Below are positions 1-12,428 of a stretch of DNA of 64,000 nucleotides, one piece after another. Source of the stretch: Azolla caroliniana (Eukaryota; Plantae; Polypodiophyta); NCBI GenBank assembly GCA_043228905.1, contig JBHGNT010000008.1, positions 9,486,001 to 9,550,000 on the forward strand. The letters are read 5' to 3'. Under the pieces are notes generated by a model that worked only from the letters and a program-made list of their open reading frames with translations, did no database searches and was not told the origin of the DNA. The position numbers were made by a program, and so were the translations under genes. Numbering within the stretch: position 1 is the first letter of the stretch; every line of letters begins with the position of its first letter.

Positions 1-345
1 AAAGCGCGGCTAAAGAATGCAAGGCTAAAGAACAAGAAAGACTTCGATAAACGACATCGATTTCGGCCGAGGAAAATCGTTGAAGGAGATTGGGTGCTAG
101 TCTATGACAGTAGCCTAGATAACCAACATAGTACGGCTCGAAAATTCTCACAACGATGGTTTGGGCCATATGTGGTGAAGAAAGTGGAAGATAATGCAAC
201 ATATCATTTAGTAGAACTGGATGGTACACCACTTGCCTTGCCAATTGCCGGTAAAAGAATCAAGATCTTCAAGAGAAGAGATAGAATAGAAATTGGATTC
301 GAAGCTTTTGACGATTCAGTCTTAAGCATCGATGAAAAAGTATAG
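1..345 (+). pseudogene. C-terminal end of Ty3/Gypsy integrase (tRNA-Trp-primed family), truncated by the window edge
   Basis: ORF 94..345 VYDSSLDNQHSTARKFSQRWFGPYVV...YHLVELDG...GKRIKIF (GPY/F-type tail) is homologous to 27498..28262 and 29603..29959. It is followed by the G-rich tract GTTTGGCGGGGGCGAA and an LTR. Confidence 0.9.
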
Positions 346-412
346 TAAACAAAAATGAATCCTCACCAAAATTGGCACATACCGGTGGATGTGTAGGTTT
401 GGCGGGGGCGAA

Positions 413-1682
413 TGTCGTGTGAATCTTCACACACTATGTAAAAAAATAATGAAATAATTATTATAGATTAGATTAGTAGCTTACTATAGAAAGATGGATA
501 TACTCAAGAGCTTCAAAATGTATTTTACTATATACAAAATGGAGAAATACATATCAAGTTATGAGAAAATAAAGTTTGATTAGATAGGGAAATTAGAACT
601 ATCCCACATAGATAGGAAAGTTAAGGCCCTGGCTATATAAACACCTTGAGCTCCCTCATTTTTATTTGTGCTAAGAGCACTTTGGCCACTTTGTCTTGAT
701 GGATGATGGTGGCCAAATTCCCTAAAACCGAAAACCGGCCGGTAAGCAAATCCGGAAAATGGGTCCGGTAAGCAAATCCGGAAACCAGCCGGTATGCAAT
801 CCGGAAACCGGACGGCAAGCAAACCGGAACCGGAACGGGTATGCAAACCGGAAACCGGTCGGCAAGCAAAACCGGAAACTAGCCGGTAAGCAAAACCGGA
901 ACCGGCCGGCAAGCAAAACTGGACCCGGCTTGCAAGCAAAACCAAAACCGGAACTGGCAAGCAAACTGGAACCGGCTGGCAAGCAAAATCGGAACCGAAA
1001 TCGACCGGCAAGCAAAATGGAACCGGCTACCGGACGAGGTTGGACACGGACGGACGAAAGATTGGATCATGCAACAAACTAAAGTAAAGTGAAGAGAACT
1101 AAAGTAAAGGCCATGTGGACGCAAGAAACTAAAGGAGTGCATGGAAAAAGTAAAGGTCATGTGGACAGTCACATGCAACCAAAAGAAAAAGCTAGGCAAC
1201 TAAAAGTAGAGGCCATGCAACAAAAAGTGGAAAGGCTATGATCAAGGGAGAACTCCATATTTATTCCATTTTTTTTCCTACACTAGGACGCACTCTCCAT
1301 ATTATCTTAATTTTTTTTCTTTTCTTTGGGAGCTCTCTTATATTATCGAAGCCAATAACCCTATCTCTTAAGTAAACCATAATTTCCATACGGAAGCAAT
1401 CTCTCAAAATCCAAAATTCCTTGTCAAAGCCATATCACTCAAGAATCATAATCTCTTATTTCCTCTAATCTATTATTCTAATCATCTCCATAAGATAAAA
1501 CTTTTGTAATCCCAATCTTGGGATTGATTGTAATCTTTCTTTCCCTTTTATTAATGAAATTTGTTAATCTTTCTCATTTCCGTTAATTCTTAGTACATAA
1601 ATACATGAATTTGATATCCTCTAAACAAAGGCCCCGGGGTCTTGCCTCAACGTTCACGTATCCTCGTCGTATTTTCGCGACA
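413..1682 (+). mobile_element. 3' LTR (~1.27 kb) of a Gypsy element
   Basis: Starts TGTCGTG directly after the PPT-like tract and ends CGCGACA. TATA-like TATATAAA near 634. The U3 part is homologous to the reverse complement of the LTR at 29330-29430. The 3' flank is ACGG, inside another element's gag. Confidence 0.85.
725..1035. repeat. CCGG-rich short tandem repeat array inside the LTR
   Basis: Many degenerate GCAAAACCGG / AAACCGG units are directly visible. Confidence 0.9.
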
Positions 1683-3190
1683 ACGGCGACCTCCGGTTGC
1701 ACGACAAGACCCCACCGTCCCTCCCAGCCTAGGCAATCTTGAGATCGCGCACCATCTTCATTAGCTCCTCAAGAGTTGCGCCCCCTAATGGTCCTGCTAC
1801 CACATTGGCCAACGGCGTGCCCGACTCGAGCCACCGTCTTGTTTCGTTCGTTCTTGTCGGAACCGGTTCCTCTGGCTTCCTCCCCGCATTTGGGCCGGTC
1901 GTCAATGAACCTCCATCGTTCCAATCACGTTGTTTGTCGGAACAACGACAAACTCTTTTAACCACTGCCCATTCTTCCATGAGGCCCTCGTCTTTCTCCA
2001 AGAAGAGACCCACCCTTTCGCGATCGAGCAAATCAAACAACTTCACAAACAGTCCAGTTTGGTCTAGTGTCGAGAGTCGTGTGAACTGCCTTTCAAACTC
2101 CTAAAGCAGCGCCCACGTATTCCATCCCTTGTTGGGGGTCTCGACCCAATCCATAATTTCCTTCTTCGACAGACGGAGCGAGTCATCGATGTCATACCTT
2201 TCAAGGAGCCGCCCCTCGAACTCTGCATAGGTACGACAGTCTGCTTGCACCTCGAGCACCTGGGCGTGGATGCTCGGTGTAGCGACTCAAGGAAATCCAG
2301 CAAGTCGTCTGTCCTACGCAATATCCATCATCATCATTTCAGCCTGGTAGGCCTCCTGATAGCTTGTCGTGTCTTTGCCATTGAACCGGTGAATCGCGGC
2401 GACTATTGCTTCTATGGCTCTATCAAGGGTATTTGTACCCTTCCATGCATTTACTATACGGTCGACGGTCGATGGTTGCCGCCATCACCTCTGCTAGTTC
2501 GCTTCGTCTCATTTTGAACTCCTCTACCGCTCCCTTTCACGTCGAGTTCAGCAAAGATGTCGTGATATTCTGCGCAGACGTGTGGAAATAGGGCGGGACC
2601 ACCAGGGTCTTGGACCAAGGAGCCGGTAAGGGAGAAAGGCGACTTGGAACAATGTCCGGATAGTTACTCCAGATTGGTTTCTAGACGCGTGCTTGATCAA
2701 GAACGATTCCCAGAAACCAGTTCGTTAGCGCTCAGGCCTGAAGAAGTGTAACGGTTTGGTTAGAATTCCGGACAACAGCAGGAACATATCGGGAATAAGA
2801 ACACAATCTCAGATCGTAGCAAACCACAGCAAATAGGAACCACACGGGAGTACCCAAACACAAGAAGAGAAACAACAAAACTCTAATGTTTAACAAAGAA
2901 CAAAATAATACAACCGGACTTGGCTGGCAACGGTGCTTCAAACTACGACCACCACAAACACACACAGAACGATGAACTTCTCGTCGGGAGCTCACAGACT
3001 TCCTGCACGAATAGAGGCTTCACCTTCTTCCCCAGATCAACATGGAATACAAATAGAGAGCGTGCGAGAGAGAGAGAGAGAGAGAGAGAGCTCAACACTG
3101 AAATCGACAACACTTCGTCCTCCCTAATCGCGGATGCCTAAAACATGCTCAAGCCTCCCCTTTTATAGCAAAAGGGGAGATCAGTACATC
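1683..3190 (-). mobile_element. 5' part of a minus-strand Gypsy element: decayed gag (1683-2500), tRNA-Trp PBS (2536-2553), partial 5' LTR from 2558
   Basis: ORF 1729..2046 (EGLMEEWAVVKRVC...LEELMKMVRDLKI) is homologous to gag at 23805-25000. The PBS reads TTCACGTCGAGTTCAGCA on +, and the LTR edge TGTCGTG is at 2558. The outer LTR end was not found, so the right coordinate is approximate. Confidence 0.75.
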
Positions 3191-3577
3191 GTGATCAATG
3201 TCAAACACCAGGTCATTTAGAATAGGTAATATGTTGCAATTTAAGAACAATCTGTCCAAAAAAAGCACAAAATAGGTCATTTCAAACGAGCAGTGATTGT
3301 CAAGATGGATGTTGTGGAAAAGGAAGCTATTTATTTTTTGAAAGGATGAGCGAGAATGTTGTCAATGTCATGAGTGGATTGGGACAACTAATTTTTTCTT
3401 GGTTGTCTATGCAGGAATTTCAAGGAAAATGGAGAGATGGCTGATGTGGAAATATTTGAAGCACATTTCTATTTATAGTTTATATAACGATGAGCAAAGA
3501 TGGTGGTGGAGTCAGAAGCAAGGTTTAGTGAGGGTCTGAGGAGAGTGGATTTTAGTAGAGAACTAGTCTTTTCATAT

Positions 3578-3938
<361 letters not shown>

Positions 3939-3944
3939 CATAGT

Positions 3945-4360
3945 TTTCTGCAGGCATTTTGAAAGCTTGTGGGTGCATTAGATCCACAAACAAGGGCAAG
4001 GAGATACATTTCAATTCTGAGAGGAAAGAGCTTTTCTGAAAAAGCCAACATGTTGGAAATGCACTAGTAGATATGATGTGAAATGTGGCATGAGCAAAAG
4101 GTAGTGCTTGACATGGAATACATTGTTCACAGGTTATGTGCACTAGGAGCTTGAAGAGCAGACTCTTAATTCTTTTGAGTGGATGCAAAAGAAGAGAATC
4201 TCTCTCCTAATTCTGTCACATTTGCAGGGTATGGCCAGATGAGAAGAAATGGAGTTTTAGCAAACCCGGTTGGAAATGCTTGTAGTCATACAACCATGGT
4301 AGATAAAGCTCAAACATATTGTGAAGCCATGGTGATGAGCGTTGATTTGTATGCTAATGA
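3945..4360 (+). pseudogene. Pentatricopeptide repeat (PLS-type) gene fragments
   Basis: Pieces such as GILKACGCIRSTNKGKEIH, ALVDM, LSPNSVTF and NACSHTTMVDKAQTYCEAM occur across several frames. Confidence 0.7.
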
Positions 4361-4619
4361 GCATGCGAGAATGGAAGAAGATGGAGGAACATTTGGTCTT
4401 AGCCAATGATCACATGAGATGGGAAGAAGAGTCATGTAGGTGTCTTCTACTTTGAGTCTTCTACTTTGTAGTCTTCTACTTTGAGTCTTTGAGTTTTTTA
4501 TTGGCCTATCATGGCCACAACTTTTACGATGTATATTTACACATATTTGTGAATCGCCATATTGATGTAACATACAATATTTACATTTCATATATGAGAT
4601 CCATCACTTCCTAGAGATA

Positions 4620-7030
4620 CGCCTTCCCCTTCAGACCCAACCGATGAACTAGAAGAGCTTTGCGAGGTGTCATCCTCATCATCACTAGCAACCAATGCAT
4701 TCTCTTCATCCAATTGCAATCCAAAGTCACTTTGATTATGAGACATACTCCTTGTTCGTCTCTATGTTGCGTCAACAGGCACATTTGAGATATTCTCTTT
4801 TATTATCTTGATTGTAGTCTATCTTAGATGGCCTGTTTTGGTCAAGGAGAAGTCATACACGAGTATGTCGACATTATCAAGTGCTTGACTAGACGTGCTT
4901 GGTAGATTCTTTCTTCTTCGCTTTCTACTTGTGCCTTCGACATCCTTAACCATCTCTAAAGAGGACTTCCTAGTAAATGCATCTTTGGAAGAGGTATGAT
5001 ACCAATGAACCATAATAGACTTTACTTGATTGCCTTCATCATCCTTAATAATTTCAATGATTTTGGCAATCTAGAAGGGATGGCCCAACTTATCACCCCC
5101 AGCTAATGTTGCAACCAACATACCAACTTGTAGCTCATGTAGATTGCCTTGCCACCTCGCCTCTACAGCATGCGATAATCTTGGTCCCACATAAATATTT
5201 CTTTGTAGTGGACGAACTAGATTATTCAATTCAAGATTATCTAGTGGTTGTAAAGGAGTTGTGCTTGCCATTGATGGGTCACCAAGCGCCCATTCGAATT
5301 GATTTTGTAGTGGCCAGTACCACGTAAAGTGGTTATCTAATAGTGTATGTTGATGATTAAGGAAAACATGCCACCAATCCACGTCTTGATCACCAACGTA
5401 CTTTTTGGTTTGCTCAATATTTTTCTGTTTTTCCTCAAGGCACCACATCCAATATATCTTTTTCTCTTCAATTGAACTACCAACAACCAATCTTTTATGG
5501 TCGTCATAGGGCATTTGCTCGGCACCATAGAATATTGCATCTGGGAAATGCAATAAGAGCCTACATCCGTCTTGTGGCTCCCATTGCGAACTAGATGAGT
5601 ATTTTTTGGCATACAACATGGTCTAGTTGAGACTCGATCACACCTTTTTGGATGAGGAAGATGTGGTTAAAACTTATATTATTAAGCAGTGCAAGAACCC
5701 TACATCCAGTCCCATCACCATCCAAACAGAAGCACTTGAAATCATATATTTCATCTAAATGTTGCACATCTGGCTTGGGGGTATAAGCTTCAGCGATCAA
5801 CCTTAATAGCACAGGAAGTGTGAAAGCATCGTTAATTTCTTGGAGAACCTACGAAACATTTGATCTATGCGATCATGTATATGACCAACTAGCAAGAAGT
5901 TGACCTTAATCTTTTTGAAAATGCCTTGTGTACTAATATGCTCAGGTAACCAAACAAAGTTGAGTTCTTGTTTTCTCTCGCCGTGTTGTCAAGTTGCACA
6001 TATAGTATTGGTGGGAGTAAACGTTTCCAACTCTGCAGAACTCTTTGCATGACTGTAACTTTAAGATTAGGGTCGTTGTGGATATTTGGATAAGCTAAGA
6101 ACACTTGCGGCCTTATTGTCTGATAATACAAAAGACATCCTACTAAGTGCATCTGCAATATCCTTGGGCAATCTTCAAAAATGTGGCAAACAAGTTTTCT
6201 CTGATCCATCCCATCTATAATCAAGCACATGTATCTTTCTAGCGATTGAGGTGCTTTTGACGATGGTGCATAGCTTTAGATCTTTCCAACACTTGGCTTT
6301 CTCGATGCTCTCTCAATAAAGTCTTATATTTTGTTATTTCTTCATCTATTGTCTCAGTCTTTGCCAAGCTTTTTAAACTCACGCAGATCGAACAAACACC
6401 CATCTGGACCTTGCAGGGTATGACCACATTGTTAAACTTCGATCTCCATGAACGATTGAAATGCCTATAGTGTATATAAGTGACAATTTCCAATAATATG
6501 TCTTGCTTATAGGCTTGGTATACCCCACGATGAGTGAAGTTATCGGAAAAATGTAACCTTCCAGTGGTGGGCATAACATCACATTGCTTCGAGAAATAAA
6601 TCTCCATCAATCTAATAACATGTCACCCAATCAGGCCCTTACATGAAGATTTTCTATTGTTGAAAGGCACCCACCACCCCTTCAGTAATCGATGTTAAAT
6701 TCTGTGTAGCCTCATGGTCCCGATGCTAAAATCAATTTTAAAAGAAACTCTACAACTCTTCATAGTAAGTGAAAGGTAGCATTCTACCTGCTGAGAACAC
6801 GACACTGCTAGATGGTCCTTAACAAGTTGCATATTGGCAATCAAGAATGTATCTTGTTCGTCGCCATTGAGAGCCAAATACTTTTGTCGCAACCCCCGCA
6901 AGTTTGCCTTTCCAAATATTGATAGACAAACGCTCCCACAACATACCCTGCATATGTCAATTGAAATTTGTCAATCTGAACACAAAAAATTATATTGTTT
7001 AACACTCCCTTGTCGAGGAACTCATTGAAA
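4620..7030 (-). pseudogene. Decayed DNA-transposon transposase (Sola-like / DUF7869-type DDD motifs)
   Basis: Collinear frameshifted ORFs 6695..6901, 6239..6610 (CSIC motif), 5889..6230 (IIDGMDQ; LYVQLDNTARENKN), then FLLVGHIHDRIDQMF at 5850-5898, then 5591..5812, 5071..5619 and 4819..5013. No terminal inverted repeats were identified. Confidence 0.7.
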
Positions 7031-7509
7031 ATTTAGAGGCTTATTGACACAGTCTTTGGTAGCATTCAATAAACTACTCGACATGAGTTGTATCTACTTT
7101 AATATATCTTGTTTTACCTATGTTTAATGGCTCTATCGAAAAAATTGACATCGAGCTTTGCTCTTGATCATAATTGGTCTTAACATGGCATCTTTTATTA
7201 TTAACATGGCCGTCATGATATGGCAAAACTCGAACCCATGACCTTATGGTACATGAGTCGAGCTCTTGACCATTAGACTATATGTTGTAATATGAAAATT
7301 TTTATTTTCATTTAAATTTTACTATTGAAAATTCATGTATATTCCAGATTTCTCTAGAACATTCTAGAAACTTCAGGAGTACTCCTGAGAACACTATAAA
7401 AAGAGGCACAAGGCATTATTTCGAACCAAATCGGTTCAACGCTTGTCTTAAGCTTCCTAGCTACTATTGTATATTCTCTTAACATAATATATATCTTTTG
7501 TTATCATCA

Positions 7510-7580
7510 TCTCTCTCTCTCTCTCTTTCACACACACACACACACTCACTCACTCACTCACTCGCTCGCTCACTCGCTCT
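7510..7580. repeat. Compound microsatellite (CT)n(CA)n(CTCA)n(CTCG)n in the LTR
   Basis: Directly visible. Confidence 0.9.
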
Positions 7581-7766
7581 TCCCTTCTCTCGAGAGTTCT
7601 ACACCTCCCTTAGTATTAATCCTCATCTTTTAATACTAATTCCTTCCTTGTCTTAGTACGGTTCCTTATACTTTGAACTGATTTTCGTCTCCTTCTTTCT
7701 CTTCCTTTATCTTCTTACTTCTCCCTCCCTTCATACTAATCTCTTATTCCTCTTTTCTCTCATACT

Positions 7767-10700
7767 ATGGCCACTATCAACGCTCAAGAATATCAATCCA
7801 TTTTTTTGGAGTTACAATGCTTGAAAGAGAAGTTTCTTGGATTGGAACAAGAAAATCAACGACTGTTGGGGGAGCTTCAACAAATCTCCTTAGAGAAGTG
7901 GCAGACGCAACAACATGGGGAACTAGCGTTACTCGTCCAACAGCTCGACGCAACCATAGTACCGATGCAACAACAAGGACCCAGTATGGAAGGGGTTCAT
8001 AAAGAACCAAAGATCGGCCTTCCTATGAAATTCGATGGAACGTGATCACAGTTTAGAGGATTCCTTAATCAGGTACGAGTAGTCATTCAAATGCCTCCTT
8101 CCCAATATCCCACCGATGCATCACGAGTGGGTTTAGTAGGCACGTTGTTAAGTGGTTCATCTTTGGCATGGTTCGCTCCGTTGTTAGAAAAGGAATCTTC
8201 TTTACTAAACAATTTTGAAGAGTTTTTAAGTGAGTTTAAAGCCTGTTTTGGAGATACTGATAGCATAAGGAAAGCAATCAACAAAATCCGACGATTACGT
8301 CAAGGTGATCGTCCAGCCTCCGCATGCGCTGCAGATTTCCGCCTACTCGCCTCTGATATCCCCTGGGATGACCAACCACTAATGGAGCAATTCTGTTATG
8401 GTCTACGTAATGATGTCAAGGATTTTCTCTTGACCTTCCCCGAAGAACCAAATCGTTGACAGAAGCAATCAGTCGTGCGGTGGGATACTAGGTAAACCAA
8501 GTAGTTGCTAGTTCTAATTGTACAAAACCTGAGTCTATTTCAGTAGGAATATCTTATAGTCCTAATAGTACTAATAGCCCAAATCTATCGAACAAATTTG
8601 ATGTCCTTAGTTAGTTAGAAGAAGAGTTAAAGGACTAAGTCCAACGAAAATAGGAGTTGTTTGGTTGGACAACCCTAGATTTGTGCAACCCATTAGTGGT
8701 TCCATTCCCTCTAAGCAAGTTAGCAATGTGTTCTTAGCCCAAGTAATAGTTAATACTAAAACTACCTCTCCAGTACATGTCTTAGCACTCCTAGATTCCG
8801 GAGCTAATTCTTGCTTCATGGATAGGAATTTTGCCCAAGCTCATCAGATATCCCTAAGAAAACTCCCGTGTACAACCTCTGTAGTAGTCATTCATGGTCG
8901 TCCCATTGCTTCCAGGAATATCATAGAAGAGTTAGAGCCCATTAATATTGTCCTAGATAATTTAGCGTGTGTAGTATCGTTATATATAATTAGTAATCTA
9001 GAACATCCCATTGTTTTGGGATTACCATGGTTCGAATTACATAACCCAGACATAGATTAGAGAACAAGAGAAATCCGATATCGACAAACCCGAGGATCTA
9101 CTCATAAGATTGCAACCGTTTCGCTAGATCAATTGTGTGAGGAACGACGCAAGGAAGAAATGTTTCTCTTCGCAGTATCAACAAAACCCTCCAACACTAC
9201 TAAACAGGAATCTATTGTTCAACTTCCAGAGAAGTATCATCATTATGCCGATGTGTTCGATAAAGTACAATCCAATACGCGTCCGCACCATCGACTATAT
9301 GATTGCCCCATTGATTTACAAGTGGGAAAAGAGCCACCATGGGGACTGATCTACAATTTGACACCAATTGAGCTAGAAGTCTATCGAACCTATATAGAGG
9401 AGAATTTGGCAAATGGTTTCATTTTACATTCGAAATCTCCAGCCGGCGCATCCATTTTCTTCGTCAAGAAAAAGGATGGATCACTTCGTCTCGTCGTAGA
9501 TTACCGTGGCTTGAATAAGGTCACCATCAGGAATAGGTATGCACCTCCCCTTATCTCAAGTCTTTTAGAACGGATCAATGGTGCAAGGTTCTTCACAAAG
9601 ATCGACTTACGAGGAGCATATAACCTTGTACGGATCTGACCAGGAGATGAATGGAAGACCGCATTTCGCACCAGATATGGGCACTTCGAGTATACAGTCA
9701 TGTCATTTAGCCTCACTAATGCACCAACAGTCTTCCAACACATGGCAAATGATATATTATGAGATCTCTTGGATGTTTGTTTGATCATCTATTTGGATGA
9801 TCTGTTGGTTTATTGAAGACCCAAGAAGAGCATGATTCTCATGTACTGTTAGTACTAAAACGATTTCGAGAACATGGTCTTTATGCAAAGCTGGAAAAAT
9901 GTAGTTTCGAGTGCAACCAAGTAGAATTTCTGGGCTATGGCATTTCCTAGGAAGGCATCTCCATGGATCCAGCTAAGGTCAAAACGTTCGTAGAGTGGCA
10001 GACTCCGTGTTCGTTGCGAGATGTGTAATGCTTTTTAGGCTTTGCCAATTTCTACCATAAGTTTATACATGATTACTCAAAGCTTGTTCTGCCTCTCACA
10101 CAACTTACCAGGAAGGGACAATCGTTCGTTTGGTCTAAAGAAGCAAACATGGCGTTTGAGAGTCTTAAGAAGGCATTTACATCAACTCCTATTCTAGCTC
10201 ATGTTGATCCGGAAAAACCATTCATCATCGAAGCAGATGCCGCCGAAATCAACTATGAAATTCATGATAAGGAGTTATTAGCAATAGTGGACTCTTTCAC
10301 GCAATGGAGGCATTTTCTAGAGTGATCTTCTCATCAAGTCACTGTATTTAGTGATCACAAAAACCTTGCCTATTTTCAGAATGCTTGTGTGTTAAATTGA
10401 CGTCAACCTCGGTGAGCCCAATTCCTCACTCGTTTCGACTTCAAAATTACATATCATTTGGGGAAGCAACAAGGGAAGGCAGATGCATTATGACAGAGCT
10501 CGTATCTAGCATCGGGTGCTAGTGAGCCAGCTTTCGGTAACCAAAAGCAAGTAATCCTAGGACCAACATGACTACAAGCAACTCAGGTCTTCGGTATGCC
10601 CTTGGTTTCCCACGTTATCGATACCATACGTGAGGACTTGAAGACAGATGCTTTCGCCCAAGCCATTCTAGCACAAATTGATCCCTCTAAAGCATCGTGT

Positions 10701-12105
10701 TCACAGTCGCAACAACCAGGTACAGACTATCGACAATTCGAATTTCATGATGGATTACTATTCTTTAAGAAACTTTTGTATGTTGCTAATGGTTCTTGTC
10801 ACCTTCGAGTTGTCCAAAACTATCATGACACATATACAGTTGGGCATTTTGGTAGTACTAAAACATTAGATTTCATACAATGATCATTCTAGTGGCCCCA
10901 TATGCAAGAATTTTTCGAAGATTTTGTTCGGACTTGTGATACATGTTGCAGAGAAAAAAGGCCAAGGCATAATCCATATGGTTTATTAGAACCATTACCA
11001 ATTCCAAGCAAGCCGTGGCAATCCATTGCTCTAGATTTCATCACAGATCTTCAGGTCTCTATGGGATTTGATGCGATCTTAACAATAGTAGATCGATATA
11101 CGAAGATTGCCCATTTCATGCCATGTACTTAGGAAATCTCCAGTGAGGAAACCGCCGAAACTGTCATCAGTGAAGTATGTCGGCATCATGGCCTTCTTGA
11201 TAGTATCATCAGCGACCGTGGACCCCAGTTTGTCTCGAAATTCTGGAAGCACCTCTTTAAAATTCTCAAGGTCACTTGTAACCTCTCCTCCGGCTACCAC
11301 CCACAATGAACAAATCAAACACTGGAGCAATATCTTCGGTGCTTTCTAAGCTATCATCAAGATGACTAGGAGGATATTCTCCACTTCGCCAAATTTGCGT
11401 ATAATAACTCTGTCCACTCATCGACAAAGGTTACACCATTTTATGCTTATATGGGTTGTCACCCCCGGTAGTGTGTATTTGAAACCCCAAAGTTAGCCAC
11501 AAATCCTTGCATGGAGGATCGTTTGGAGCGGTTACGCAAGATACAAACAGATTTATCTACTCATCTACAGCAAGCTCAACAAACACACAAGGTTTACACG
11601 GATCGTCATCGACTTCCATCCAGTTTTAACACTAGAGATCGGGTATGGTTACTAGGAAGACACATCAAGACTACTCGCCCATGCGAGAAGTTGGGTTATC
11701 GGCAATTAGGTCCTTTCTGTATTATCGAAAAAACTAATGATGTCGCTTTTCATCTCGATCTACCTCCACAACTTCGGATACATCCGGTGTTTCATAGTTC
11801 TCTCCTCGAACCCAATCAAGACAACACCATCCCAAGTCGTATTAAACAACCTCCACCCCCGATCGAACTTGAAGATGGACCTGAGTACGAGGTTGCCATC
11901 ATCCTCGATTCCAAGATTGTTCACAACAAACTCTAATGTTTAGTCGATTGGCTAGGATATAGTCCCAACGAGTGTACTTGGGAACCAATAGAGAATGTGA
12001 CCAATGTTCGTGCTCTTCTTGAAGGCTTCCATCGTCAATATCCAGACAAACTGGGTCCTCAATCCAAAACGACACGTGACACTTGTCGTTTTAAAGGGGG
12101 GATAG
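7767..12105 (+). pseudogene. gag-pol of the Tcn1-like element, with many stops and frameshifts
   Basis: gag 7767..8459; protease ALLDSGANSCF (8665..9060); RT FFVKKKDGSLRLVVDYRGLN, KIDLRGAYNLVRI and YLDD at ~9789; integrase SIALDFITDL; chromodomain EYEVAIILDSK...VDWLGYSPNECTWEP at ~11884-12050. Confidence 0.92.
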
Positions 12106-12428
12106 TGTCATGATATGGCAAGACTCAAACCCATGACCTTATGTTACATGGGTCAAGCTCTTGATCATTAGATTATATGTTGTAATACAAAGGACATTAT
12201 TTTCATTTAAGTTTTACTATAGAAAATTGATGTATATTCCAGATTTCTCTAGAACATTCTAGAAACTTCACGAGTACTCCTGAGAAGACTATAAAAGGAG
12301 GCACAAGGCATTATTTAGAACCAAATCGGTTCAACGCCAATCTTAAGCCTCCTAGCCACTATTGTATATTCTCTTAACATAATATATATCTTTTGTTATC
12401 ATCATTCTCTCTCTCTCTCTCTCTCTCT

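Noticed and set aside
580-1082. Overlapping repetitive ORFs on both strands
   Set aside because: They are translations of the CCGG tandem array inside an LTR, not genes.
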